Origin: Sphaerodactylus townsendi
Lineage: Eukaryota
Length of the DNA: 64,000 nt
Reading direction: 5' to 3'
NCBI RefSeq assembly: GCF_021028975.2
Contig: NC_059433.1
Span: 32,674,001 to 32,738,000 of the forward strand
Within the stretch, counting starts at the first letter, position 1. Each line of letters starts with the position of its first letter. This document shows positions 13,451-26,284 of this stretch, piece after piece. Below the pieces are notes generated by a model. That model worked only from the letters and a program-made list of their open reading frames with translations. It ran no database searches and was not told where the DNA came from. Position numbers and translations under genes: made by a program.

Positions 13451-14666
13451 ATATTTATATTGCGCCCTATCCCCAAAGGGCTCAGGGTGTATTTTATAAC
13501 TGCATTCTGCATAGTGTATGTTGATGGTGGAATCGGCGACACGCGATGATAAAGGTGACGCACTGCACAATACCGCTTAAAAATACCAGCTGCTCAGCAA
13601 CACCCAATAAAAACTATTCTCCCAGAGTTATTTTTATAATTATTTAACGTTCCTTTATATAATAAATAGCACAACACATGATTGGTTGTATTTAAAATAA
13701 ATAAATAAATATGTAAATAATTGTTTCTCTTATGTCTGGGGGGCGCAAGTGGTAATACTGCAGAGTCGGCTAGGTGCATCTTCTGGAATTTCTTTGACAT
13801 TAATTTAGCTCCAAAAGGTTCAGCCATCACTGGTGCAGGGCCAAGAATCTGTATTGTGATTTCGCCCTGGTGACAGCTAAACAAGCCATCCTAGTTAGGT
13901 GGATTTAAAAGAGAATCTGGGCTCTCTAGTCTAAACAACATTGAAAGTGAAGCTGTTTCGGGGTGGATTCTCCCTTTGTGGGATTCTGTGCTGAGAATCT
14001 TGACTCCCCTGAGTTTAAAATTAACATTGAAACGACGCTGTTCTCAAGGTGAATCTCCACTGGACAAGCAGCATCACTTCTAAATGCTTGACTTCTGCTT
14101 GGCCTTCCAGGCTGCGGTCTAGTAGATATCGTTCCTAACATTTCTCCTGCGCCTGTATTGCATCTCTAGATGTGTAGATCGTCAAGTAAAGAGAAGTCCG
14201 TTGGTACACTCCTCGTGTCCAGACTTCTCTTATAAATAAACTTCTGCAGTGATACACCTCCGGAAGATGCTAGCTACAGATACAGGCTAAATCCCAACCA
14301 CAAGCGCCATAAGGCAGGAGTTGATGGGAATCAGGCCATGAACATCTGGAGTATGGTACAGCCGCAAGACCCCTGAGTTAGAGTATTGGACCAAGGTCAA
14401 GGAGACCCTTTCAAATCCCAACTCTGTGATGAAGCTTGCTGGGTGACCTGGGACCAGTCACTCACTCAGGTTGAAAGAGACAATTGTGAGCAAACTACAA
14501 GGAAGCAAAGCTTGGTATCAATAGTAGACTAACCCAGGTCATGTGATATTGCCTGGCCCATGTTTTAAAAAAGATATCTTTGGGCATAGAGACAATACTT
14601 CTATTGTTCTGATAAATCACCTTTGCCTTGCCTCCCCCGACCCCACACACACTTTACTGTAACTGG

Positions 14667-14808
14667 GGCCCCTTCCGCACACGCAAAATAATGCATTTTC
14701 AAACCACTTTCACAACTGTTTGCAAGTGGACTTTGCCATTCCGCACAGCTTTAAAGAGCACTGAAAGCAGTTTGAAAGTGCATTATTTTGCATGTGCGGA
14801 ACAAGCCC
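14667..14808 (-). mobile_element. PIF/Harbinger-like MITE, copy 3
   Basis: Reverse-oriented copy of the 140-bp family. Possible TSD tgg. Confidence 0.85.
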
Positions 14809-16144
14809 TGGTCTGTCAATATTCTTTCTTGTTTCATGAATGTCAAATCCTAGGTAATCTCAAAGTGACTAGAATCAGAAGTTCAATCACTCAACCAAAC
14901 CAAAGCCCCAATTACTAATGCTGAGAATGGCTTTATGTCTAAACAGCACTATAGCTCTAGGGACAATAATAATGAAGCTGTTCATGAGTACCAGGGTGTC
15001 TCCATGCTGAGCAGCTTGCAGGATCAGGGCAGATGCTATAACCAGTCTTCAAAGGGGAAACCGCACACATGGCTTTGCAAGCATTGCCATAAGCAGACAA
15101 GCCAGTATTCGTTTCGCTTTTAGGTTTGCCAACTGGCACAGTTTTTATTCAAAGTCTTATAAGTCCAAGAGATTTTTTAAAAAAATAAAACTGAAATTGT
15201 GAGATGTGTTAAAATGACATGGTCTTAGTTTTCATTTGGAAAAAAAAGCTGTTACCCCCCCCCTTTTTTTCAAAAAGCTTCAGAATAGGATTGACAATTC
15301 CAAAATTTCTTATTAAAAATCTCTCAATATTTGCAAATATCTTGCAAGCTGATAGCCAGACATTTTGTGTGTATGAAACTATAGGTACATTGTCAAAGAC
15401 ATTATAAGAAATCATGAAACAGGGAAACTAGTCTACTACTTTTACTTTAAGGTTATTCAATTAATTAAATAATGTCAGTCCGTTATATTCAAAACCTTTT
15501 TTAAAATGGAAAATTTTAAATAGCATAGTCAAACACTGTGCCTTTGTTGTAGAACACTGCAGGTTTATATCTTATTGGGCAGAATAATACTTGTTCTTTC
15601 CCCTTATACTTTCACAACAAAAAATGAAAAGAAGTTCTTAGTCAAAGCGGAACATTCAGAGAAGATTCCATGAACATATTTGGAAGCGTCAGGATCTCTG
15701 TTTTTTCTCCCCCAGAATTTCAATCCTTATTTTTTTCCACTGTTTCAAAAAAATCCCATCCAATTCTAAATACTCTGGACAATAGTTTGATCACACCAAT
15801 TTGTTCTATTGAAAGTCAGAAGAACTTCGAATGCACTCAGCACTTTTGGATATAATTCCCAGCAGAATAATGCATATTGAATGTTTAACTTGCAGACTTC
15901 CAAGTATCTTGCAATTTAGAAGTATACTTAGACTGAAAACAGACAATTGTTTTTAAGAAAGTTAAAGGTGATGTCTATACCACTTTCTTTGTCCCACTGT
16001 GATCTCTGATCAAACAGGTTTTGGAACTTTTTGAAACCCTGTAAAACCTGTAAACACAGATAACAGTGCAATGTATATGCCTTATCATATCACCTTCGAG
16101 TCTAGGAGGAAAAATCAGTTTCCAGCCTTATTAAGAGGGTATTC

Positions 16145-16280
16145 ATGTAGGGCTGCAGTAGAACAGCTGGATTTGAGTCTAGTGGCACTTTAGAGACCAA
16201 GCTTTCAAGAGTCAAAGCTGACGAAGGAAACTTTGACTGTTGGAAGCTTATACTTGAAAGCTTGTTGGTTTCTAAGGGTT
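16145..16280. mobile_element. Degraded Penelope-like inverted terminal fragment (second family)
   Basis: Imperfect inverted arms (ctggatttgagtctag...tagagaccaa / ttggtttctaa...ctggatgtgaatctag) around a CTGACGA motif. Confidence 0.45.
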
Positions 16281-16775
16281 TCTGGATGTGAATCTAGCAC
16301 CGTCATTGGCTAAATTCTACTTGAGTACGCAAATCATACATATAGGTACATGCATAATAAAATCAAATTGCAAGGTATCAAACAAATGCTCAGTTAGGGT
16401 AAAAAGCTGCCACACCATGGTCACGCAGCCCAGAAAACCCACCACAGCCAGTTGATTCCAGTCGGGAAAGCCTTCAACAGTACAAATCTCAGTATTCAAT
16501 GCCAAAAGTGCAATGCAGATGCTCACTGCTCAATAGATTTCCAGTAAAATAGATCAGTTTTGGCAAAACTATTCTTCACAAGCACCAACTGCAACTATAC
16601 AGTAATCTAGAACAATGGTCCTTGACTTTTTTGTGCCAGAGAGCGGAGTTTGGAATTCTGATGTAGTGGATGCAACTAGAAAATGACTGGTGCAGGAGAT
16701 GAAGCCAACAATGAGGTGGAGACAGCTACAAACTGTCAGGGAGTAAGTTATGCTTAACTGTAATAGTACGTCTTT

Positions 16776-17005
16776 AGACCTAGCATGGTATAGTGGTTGA
16801 GAACAGTACACTCTAACCTGGAGAATCAGATTTGTTTCCCCGCTCCTCCACATGAAGCCTTCTGGGTGACCTTGGGGCAGTCACAGTCCTCTCAGAACTA
16901 TGTCAGCCCACACAAAGGCAGGCAGAGGCAAACCACCTTTAAATGTCTTGCCTTGAAAATCCTACAGTCGCCATAAGTCAGCTGTGACTTGACAGCCTAT
17001 ATGCA
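16776..17005 (+). mobile_element. SINE with Squam3-like tRNA head and Sauria/BovB-type tail
   Basis: Head homologous to the other SINE copies. The 3' end gccataagtcagctgtgacttgacagc matches the RTE tail at 61590-61620. Confidence 0.7.
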
Positions 17006-17948
17006 CACATAGTGACAAAGGGAGGGGGAACTGTGCCAAGGGCATGAACTGTCTGTCTGTTGAGCGAGACCCCCCTCCCCTGACACTCCCCAACACACCC
17101 CCAAAATGCCCCAGCCCCGCCTCCCCACGTGATCGCAGGAAGTTGCTGCCCTGGAGGATGTTTCGCCTCGGATGACCCCATTCAGCTGCTAATAATCTTT
17201 TGCACAATACAATAGTAACTCTTTAATGGCATGACAAAGGGCTGGCCAGTAATACTTAACATTTAAAAGTGAATCTCTTAAAAGTTTTAAATGAACATAC
17301 TGTTTTTAAAAACTTCCTTCATACACACAGTTTACCTTTGCAGTGAAAATCCTTGTGCTCGGTTACATAAAATTTGCAGTGAAAATCCTTGTGCTCAGAC
17401 ACAAAATTTGCACAGCCAATCACATCTTCTGGCCAGGCCAGTCAGGAACTTCAGCTGGGTGTTTCCTTTCCCCTCCTTGCACACGGATACTTGACAGGCA
17501 CCATGGTGCCTTCATACACCAAACTGAGGATCTTGATCTCTAGTATATGTCAAGATGTGCCTGTTCAGTTTGCAATTTCTATTCATCCAAATACCGTAAC
17601 CAATTCCAAACTGCAGTTTGAAACTGAGATAAAAAGGAGCAGAGAAACAAATCCCTGTATTATCAATAGTGTCTCCTCTGATATGTATGTTTGTTGAATT
17701 CAACTCTGCTGATATGAATATTGGATGTCTGCCAGTACTATCCAAAGCAAAGTCACCACCTTATAAATTCATTGAAGTCAGTTAGTCTTAGAAGTAACAG
17801 AACACAATAGTATTGACGACAAACCCATATTGGTTGTGCAGAGGGCACAAATTTTGCAGGAATGGTTGCTTCTCCTTAATATATACACACAACCTGTTGT
17901 GTACCAAGGCCTTGCATGAAACATTGTGTATTGAATTGTTGAGTACTG

Positions 17949-18087
17949 CCACAAAAAGATGGCAGTAAATTTGTATATTAATCCACCATTTCCTGGATCT
18001 TCTTTGTAGTAGAATGCAGCATTCTACTACAAAGAAGGTCCAGGAAATGGTGGATTAATACACAAATGTACTGCCATCTTTTTGTGG
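17949..18087. repeat. 139-bp near-perfect inverted repeat (69-bp arms, 1-nt spacer)
   Basis: The arms differ at only 3 positions. Centre gaatgc-a-gcattc at 18018. Confidence 0.95.
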
Positions 18088-21000
18088 AAAAGTGTATAGT
18101 TTAATGTTGTTGGGTGACAACTTCATTTATCTGTTAACGCAAGCTCTGATTCCCAAAAGCTTGTGCTACAATAAATTTGGTTTCATTCTGATTTGCTTAT
18201 TTTGTATACTTTGTTTAATGAAGTACATATTTAATTAATATGTATGTAATATTTATTTGTATGTATAAGATTTGTTTATATATATGTTTATATACATTTT
18301 GTTCCAGCAGTCCATAACTCTCCAAGGTTTGAGCAGGCCAGTTTTCTCATTTCTTTGCCTCTTCTTCCCTTTAATGACACTCACCTGTTGTCTGACTCCC
18401 AGGGCACACTCAGTCCTGATTAGATTTTGGGGTGCCCCCATTTTCTTTTGATTAATTTACAAAGATGCAATTTTCTAGGATTCTGTAGTTCTTTCCCCCC
18501 CCACCCCCATATAAAGAAATTGCTCTTCAGTCAGTCGGTGACCAGGTTTTGATACTTTTGTGACTTACATGACCCACTAATTTTACTATTTGACATAATC
18601 ATGTAAGCAATGAAAGTTGTTGACATTAGTTCCCTATTATAGATATGTATGCAGACTGCCAAATACATCACTTCTAAAAAAATTGTCCTTTACAAAATGG
18701 GTTTATATGTGTCAATCTGTCGAGAGTAGCCTAGCTTTTTTGCTCACCAGTGAAACATGCTATTACATGTGCTGCTGAACATAGGGGTTGAATATATGTC
18801 AGGAATTATGACTGATGGTATGAGAAAGATGTTTTATGCTACTGATAAGGTCTGCAGCAGGTAAAAAACTTAAAGCATATACCCAGTTTGAAATATTTAT
18901 GATGCAAAAAAGCGTTCACCAACAAGTGCATAATTTGATTTATAATAATTCCATTGCAATACTTACACGCAATTAATTAAAAAAACAAAGCAATCTCAAA
19001 AACAATAAGTTAGGTTTGACGGCCCATGGTAGGAATAGATGGTCTTTCATGGGACTAGAAAGGAAGGAGAAAATAATAAAAAAACGAGATTATAATTTTG
19101 TTGCGGAATGTATGTTAATCATTTGTACATAGCCACCGACGTTCCGTTTTCATCACTTACATTTGCTTATATTATTGTTTCTGTATAAGTCTTTCTGAAG
19201 AAATTATGTAGGAGTGGAGCTCTTGGTATACCTCAGACTCAATGTCCTTAAATTGCAACACAGCTGATAATTCCACCCACCTTCCCTCATCAATTTGTGC
19301 CCACTGAGTAGTCTTGCGCCTGCCGGCAGATGATACTTTTTCCTTTCATTTCAGAAACAGCCAAGACAATTTATTAGAGGATGCTAATTGTAAGAACAAG
19401 TTGAATTTGTGACCACCTCCAAAATCTCCAAGGGGTTCTTTTTTAATTTAAATCTCCATAGTGATGTGGATTTAAATAACAAAGTTTCATCCAATAACAT
19501 CCCAAAACAAAAATTCAGCGAAGGTTAACTGTCCTATAGAGCTTATTCAATATTTATGATTTTTCAAATGTGGTATAAAGAATTGGGGAGGGGATTTTAA
19601 ATGGTCCATTAATCAAATCAATTGTCAAAATAGGTTGTTTGATGATTTGTAGGTGACTTTATGTTCTTTATCTTTCAGTTGCAGAATAAAAAAGCAACTT
19701 AACTTCATCAACATTTTTTCTGATTAATTGTTAAAAAATGTCATCCATAAATTTTTTTCCTTCGATCTAATAATCCTTTCAGAAGACTTAACAATATCCC
19801 CAGTGATTTAGGTTTTTATTTTTTTTTATTGAGGACTGAGAGCTCTTGGAGAAGCAATGACACAAATAGCTCAAGTGAACTGCGACACCTCTGTGGACAG
19901 TGTTCTCAGAGATGACAGTTCTGAAATACAATTATCAGTGTGATCTGCTTAAGAATTCATCATCAGTTCCTGCCTTCTGAAGACTTAAAAAAAAAAAAGA
20001 GAGAGAGACATACAAAGAAAAAGAGGTGATAAGAAGGCATCATTTTCTTCCAGCCTCATAACTGTAAATTGAAGGAAATTATTTTCTTTGCCTGCAGCTC
20101 ATTGGCATATAGGTAGCATTATATTTTAATTTCATAAGCATAAATCCTTTGAATAAATTTCAGAAGAATAACTGAATTAGAAATGCAAGTATCTTTAAAA
20201 AAAACTTAACTGTACCTAGCTGTACCAAGCTACGAAGAACTGGATAGAGCAACCTATAGATGGAATTTACTGTCTTGATATTGGTAGTTACCATGGAAAA
20301 TTTCCCCTCTCCCTTCTAATTGAATTTTGCTGAGGTAAAATTACAAGAAGGACCCTTACCTGAAAGCTGACAACCAAAAGATGACCCTCATACTACTACC
20401 ATCATCCCTTTTCACAAAGTTCTCATATCCTTACTCTTTTATTAGGGGACAACAAAATAATTATGTTATATATAATAATTTTTTTCCAGGAACATCTCAG
20501 CAACAAATCAGATCAGATACTTACATAATTTGCTTACCAAATATTATTTTCAAATGAACACTGGTGGACATATTCTGAGAGAAGAAGTGAAGGTAAGGCA
20601 TTTGTGCATAAATAAAGACGGCAGAAATATGTGACATATGTTAGTGGTCAATAGTATACCTGGGTTGCTAGTGCCTGACATGTTGGAGATTCAAGTTCAT
20701 GAAGCTTACAGAGTGATTTCAGGAAAATTATTACTTCCAGGTAGACCTCCCTCACAGATTTGTTGAAGTACAATATAAAGTTGCAAAGTAAAAAGGAGTG
20801 CATCAGATACTAACTTTGGCAACCATATAATCAGGGTCAGGAAAGAGGCAATGAGACTGGCTAAGGCAGAAGAGGCCTTAGGTCTGGATACCTGCTTAGG
20901 GAAATGAGCAGGTTCATATTCGAAGACTTAAAGCTCTATATGCAATATTCTACTGCATGTGTTGATGCTGAGAATGATATGAATAAGATGAAGAGATACT

Positions 21001-21958
21001 TGCACACCTGATGAAACAAGATTAGGTTATATGTGTGAAGAATCAGAAATTACCTGCAAGGTAAGATATAGGAGGGAACAGGATTTAGTTCTCATCTGTA
21101 CACTTAGGCTTGCCAACCTTTGGACCAGAAATATTTATGGTCTGCAGTGGGGTAGGAAACCATAGGCAACCAGACAGGACTTCTGAACTGCTCGTTTTCT
21201 TAATAGCAGGAGTTTTTCTGTTGTAGACTTCAGATTACCATCCAAGCCCACATGCAGGCATTTCTTTGGCGCCAGTAAGCCTCCAAGCAGCTACAGTGGT
21301 CTACCTGATTCTTCCCTCTTGTTGCACACCTGACCATGTTTTTGGCTTGCTCCTCCATCCACCTGTCCATTCCTCTAACATCTCATTCAGTCACCCAGTT
21401 TTTCTTTCTTGCCTTCACAAACGCATTTCAGTTTCCATTCATCAGCTGCTCACCTATCGGCTTTCTCCCTCCTTTTTCCTATGTGAACAGGACTCACCTA
21501 TTTGTATGTTTATTTTATGCCAATAAAGGCTTCTGAATGAATGACTCACCTATTTACTACTGATGCTACATTTTCATGTGGCATCTCAGGTTGCTAGCCA
21601 GAATTGCTCAGATTTTTTTTTTCTGTGATGGCAGACCATGTATAGATATTGCTGCTTTCTTTTAGGATATTTTTAACCCCCCTAACATTTTATATTTTTC
21701 TGCAAACTTGGGGGATTTGGTCGGTGTGAAACTATTAGATATATACATTAAATCCTCTAATTATTAATCAGTCCCTATTTAATAGATATCCAAAATCTGT
21801 TTGACTGGCACTTGGCCTGCAAGTCTATTTTTTATTTGATTTGATTTTCCTGATGATGCACCCTTAGTGTATATGACTGTATGCATTTTATTATATTTTT
21901 CCATCTTTACTTTTTCTGGAAATCTATAGAATGGCAGTTCCATTGCAAAGATATAAGG

Positions 21959-22370
21959 CAGTGATGGCGAACCTTTTCGAGACCGAGTGCCCAAATTGCA
22001 ACCCAAAACCCACTTATTTATCACAAAGTGCCAACACAGCACAAAGTGCCAATACTGAGATTTTAGTTTAGAAAAAATGGTTGGCTCCGAGGCACACATT
22101 ACTCGGGAGTAAGCTTGGTGAAGCAACCTTACAGCATGCCGTGAATGGGTGAATCATGAAGCCCTAGGAGGAGTTTACTCCAAGCAAGCCCCATTACTTG
22201 TATGAGCTTACTCCCAGGTAAAGGATCGTGCCCAGGCTAGCCTAGATGTGTGTGTGTGTGAGAGAGAGATTTTCTGCCCCCCCCCTCACGATGAACTCTG
22301 TGCACGTGTGCCCACAGAAAGGGCTCCGAGTGCCATCTCTGGCACCCGTGCCATAGGTTCGCCACCACTG
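21959..22370. mobile_element. Non-autonomous hAT DNA transposon
   Basis: TIRs cagtgatggcgaacct / aggttcgccaccactg and 8-bp TSD atataagg on both sides. Confidence 0.92.
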
Positions 22371-22567
22371 ATATAAGGGGTGTACTTTTACCCTTGTAGT
22401 TCTACAACAAAAAGAGTGAGAAACCATTAAAACCAATGCTGGAATTTTAGTGGAATTTCAGTGGAATTAGTAGATCATTGTAACATTATTATGCCACAGC
22501 AATCTAGTAACGGTTGGTTTTAACAAATGTAGATAGAAAATGGATGATCAACAGTCGATAATTAGAG

Positions 22568-23424
22568 AAGTGATGGGATCCAACATGTTAGTAACAGGTT
22601 CCAATGGCGGTCGGATTCAACCTGTCGCATAAGCCAATGGGGCCGAGCGAAGGGCACGACAGGGGGGTGTGGCTGGAGCATTCCAGAGGCGTGGCATTTT
22701 TTTTAGTGAGGGCTGTAGCAAGGACGCAGCTTGGCTATGCGCTTGGGTCCTTGGGCGGGAAACTAATGCACTCAGGCGCAGGCTGCCACGTACACCGGTG
22801 CACCTCCTGCTAGACCAGGGGTAGGGAACCTTTAACACTCAAAGAGCCATTTGGACCCATTTTCCATGGGAAAAGAAAACACTTGGAGCCGCAAATAATT
22901 TTTGACATTTAGAATAAAGATAACACTGTATATATTGGGTTTTTTAACTTTTTACTCCGCTCATTCTGAGAAGCGCATGGATGCGTCCGCCCTGCTGCCT
23001 GCAGGGCGGGCAAGAGAGATAAGAGACCAGCAGCTCGTGCCACGCCGGCCGCCAGGAAAGCCGCCCACCCAGCTCCATGGGAGGCAGGAAGGCAGGAAGG
23101 GAAGCCCGCGGCAGCGGCCCAGCTGGCCCGCGGGCAGTTGGTGCGCCCGCCCTACTACCTGCAGAGGCGGAGCAAGAATGAACCAACAGCTCGGCTCGTG
23201 GAGCATGAGTCACAAGGAGCAGAAAGATGTGGCTCTCGAGCCGCAGGTTCCCTACCCCTGTGCTAGACTGCTTCAAGTTCTGCGTGCTACTGCTGAGAGG
23301 AGGGGCGTAACTAAGGCAAAAATCACATGGCAAAATCACCAATTAGTAACCCCCTCTCGGCACACACAAATAATTAGTAACCTACTCTCGGGAACCTGTG
23401 AGAACCTGCTGGATCCCACCTCTG
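22568..23424. mobile_element. Non-autonomous hAT element (outer), interrupted by a second hAT element
   Basis: Ends aagtgatgggatcc / ggatcccacctctg and 8-bp TSD aattagag. Confidence 0.88.
22816..23260. mobile_element. Non-autonomous hAT element (inner, nested)
   Basis: Perfect TIRs caggggtagggaacct / aggttccctacccctg and 8-bp TSD tgctagac. Confidence 0.93.
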
Positions 23425-25144
23425 AATTAGAGACAAAGTTGTGTGGATGCTCTAAAACAAACTTCCATGTGGAAATAAGTTTTTATGTGCTCTGTTGTTT
23501 GTGCAAATTTTTGCACTTTGTATACTGACTTGGCTCTTTTCTCCTGTGAAAGGCTGGTTATGCATATTTTAAAACACTCACTGCTTCCTTGTCTAGTTGA
23601 CAAAGGTATCTAGTCTGGCCCTGGCCACATTATACAGTCCAAAGATTCATAGAAAGATAAAGTATGAAATGCTTCCAGTTCTCATTCAACAAGGGGATAT
23701 GTTCAGTCCCCTGATACTGTGATGAAACTGAATCAGTCCCCTTTGGAGAAAACTGAGTAGGAGGAGAAAAGCACAAATCACTCATATGGTTGCTTCTTTG
23801 GAACATTCGTGGTATCTGAAAGACTCAAAAATGATAAAGACAGCAGGTAACTTGTGAAAAAGAAAACACAACTTCTCCTTTTTGGCAAAGTGGTAAAAAG
23901 TCGACCACTATTGCCTTGTCTTTTACTTTCTTGCACAGAGAAAGAGAGAGATTATACCACAAGGCTTAAAATATAGATAGGATTGATAACTCCTTTCTAT
24001 GCTGTGATTAAGGGGAATTTTCAGACTTACAGGAAATGGATGACTCACCAACTTCCCTGCCTAGGGCAAAAGTGCAGATTTTGATAGGAGGCATGTGCCT
24101 TCACATAAGCATCCTGTATTTGCAACTGTTAATTTTGCCTCCCTTGTTGTCATTGTCACTTTTCCCCTCAATTTAATTAGATGCAATTTGTCTCAGCTTT
24201 TCAGTGCAGCATTTGTTTACCTACTCATCAAGACCGATACAGGCCAATTAGTGTAGTGTAATTGTTTAACCTAGTCCGTATGAGCCTGTACTGGGTAGTA
24301 TGAGCTGCTGCTTGGGTGGAAAAGTGGCGGGGGGTGGGGGGGAGAAATGAATGAACACTAATAGGCCTTTCAGTGGTGCGAGATTCTTGAAGAGTCACTG
24401 ACACAATACACTGAACTCACAAGTCACACTGATATGCCATCAGCTCCTTATTCCTTGTTCACTGTCACCACAATCATGATATGATCAATTTCCTGAAGCA
24501 GATTCTTAAGCTCCAAAGAGCTTGGCGGCATTAACTCCCCTTTGGATGTCCCTTGAGAGAAAACATCTGTTGCAACTATGGAAACAAGACACCCAAGGTG
24601 ATGCTATGTACTTATGCCTTTTGACCGAGAATACAGTGTAAGTTCTGTTGATCCATTTCATTTCAAGGAGATCCACCTTCTTTTAATATTGCACATAGTC
24701 ACCTCCAGAAGGTTGAAGCAATCCTATATTTTAAACATAATACACAGTGGTAACAAGAATATCAGAACAATTAAACTCTAATTATACAATTTGCCTGGCG
24801 AATATATATGGAATACACCAAAGGCCCACCTACTCAATATTACTTCACATTGGGACTCATTTCTTAATTCTCTCTGGAATCTTTTGTGCCTTTCTTATTT
24901 TTTTTAACCTATTCATTGCCATCTCCCTGCTGATCTTTTTGAATCCAGCCATTCACTGTTATCATTCTATGTTTCTTTTCTCATTATTTCTCTTCACCCC
25001 TGAAATTTCCCCACCTGCCTTCACTGATGGTCCCCTAATCTGACAAAAACTACTTGCCAGGCCACCCGTGGAAACAGGAACTAGGAAGATGCATCAGTTT
25101 AAAGCATAATGATCCCTCAGAAGCATCTCTCTGACTAATGTTCT

Positions 25145-25325
25145 GCCTCCCCACTCCCACATTCCTGCTTGGTGACCTTGGCTAATCACAGTACTTTGGA
25201 ACTCTCTCAGCCCCACCTACCTCACAAGGTCTCTGTTGTGGGGAGAGGAAGGGGAAGGAGCTTGTAAGACGCCTTGAGTCTCCTTACAGAAGAGAAAGGT
25301 GGATTATAAATCCAAACTCCTCTTC
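25145..25325 (+). mobile_element. 5'-truncated Squam3-type SINE
   Basis: Homologous to the 3' half of 4604-4913. Confidence 0.75.
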
Positions 25326-25406
25326 ATCATTTTGCCAGAGACCTGAAAAGCCTTAAACTTAGTTCTATGTGGCTACTTTGATGGAGCTATGAAAGAGGCA
25401 ATCAGC

Positions 25407-25548
25407 GGCTCATTCCTCACATGCAGAATAATGCACTTTCAAACTGTTTTCAGTGCTCTTTGAAGCTGTGCGGAATAGCAAAATCCACTTGCAAACAGTT
25501 TGTGAAAGTGGTTTGAAAACGCATTATTTTGTGCGTGCGGAAGGGGCC
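25407..25548 (+). mobile_element. PIF/Harbinger-like MITE, copy 4
   Basis: 140-bp family with 3-bp TSD agc/agc. Confidence 0.9.
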
Positions 25549-26011
25549 AGCGCATCAGCTTACACATGTCCCACTTTTTCCCATTAATTGCTCTCTCCAA
25601 ATGTTCATTGCTTGTCCCACAGTGTGGCAACCCAGCCAGTGCCTGGCAACTCCTTCTGTACCGGGACATGGCTTGCTGCAGCCCCCCCTCCCGAGGGCAG
25701 AAGCCGGCCTACCGCCACAGAGCCCACCCAAGCTGCCCACCCCCAAGTTCCCCCCAGCCTCCCTGAAGGCCGGTTTCTGCCCTCCCCAGACCCTGGGGAG
25801 GGCAGAAGCCAGCCTGCAGGGAAACCAGGGGGCTTGGCAGCCCAGGCAGGCACTGTGGCAGCGCCCGTCAGAGCCCCTGCCTCCCTGCTGGCTCCTGTAA
25901 GTGGGGCATGAGGCCGGGGGGGGGAGCTGGGCAGGGGAGCACAGGGAGCCGCTCATGTCCCCAGGCACCATTTTGGCCCAGTACACCACTGCTCGAATCC
26001 AAATTCATGCA

Positions 26012-26284
26012 AGAAGAAGAGAAGAATTTGGATTTATACCCCGCTTTTCTCAACCTCAAGGAGCCTCAAAGCCATTCACAAACTCCTTCCTCTCTCTGCA
26101 GTTGACATCTTGTGAAGTAGGTGGGACTGAAAGTGTTCTGAAGAACTGTGATTAGTCAAAGATCACTCAGCAGTTTTCATGTGTATGAGCAGGGAAGCAA
26201 ATCCATTTCACCAAATAAGAGTCTGCCACTTGTGTGAACGAGTGGGGAAATCCCTCCACTCTTAACCACTACACCACGCTGGTC
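26012..26284 (-). mobile_element. Squam3-type SINE
   Basis: Reverse-complement homologue, with a (GAA)n tail at the left end. Confidence 0.8.

Noticed and set aside
17337-17410. 24-bp direct repeat with 36-bp period
   Set aside because: Simple local tandem duplication, not a CRISPR array or other system.
22902-23528. Longest ORF in the track (208 aa)
   Set aside because: Crosses the boundaries of nested GC-rich non-autonomous hAT elements and has no transposase motifs.
25439-26155. Cluster of overlapping ORFs in many frames
   Set aside because: GC-rich repeat between a MITE and a SINE. Stop codons are scarce because of composition.
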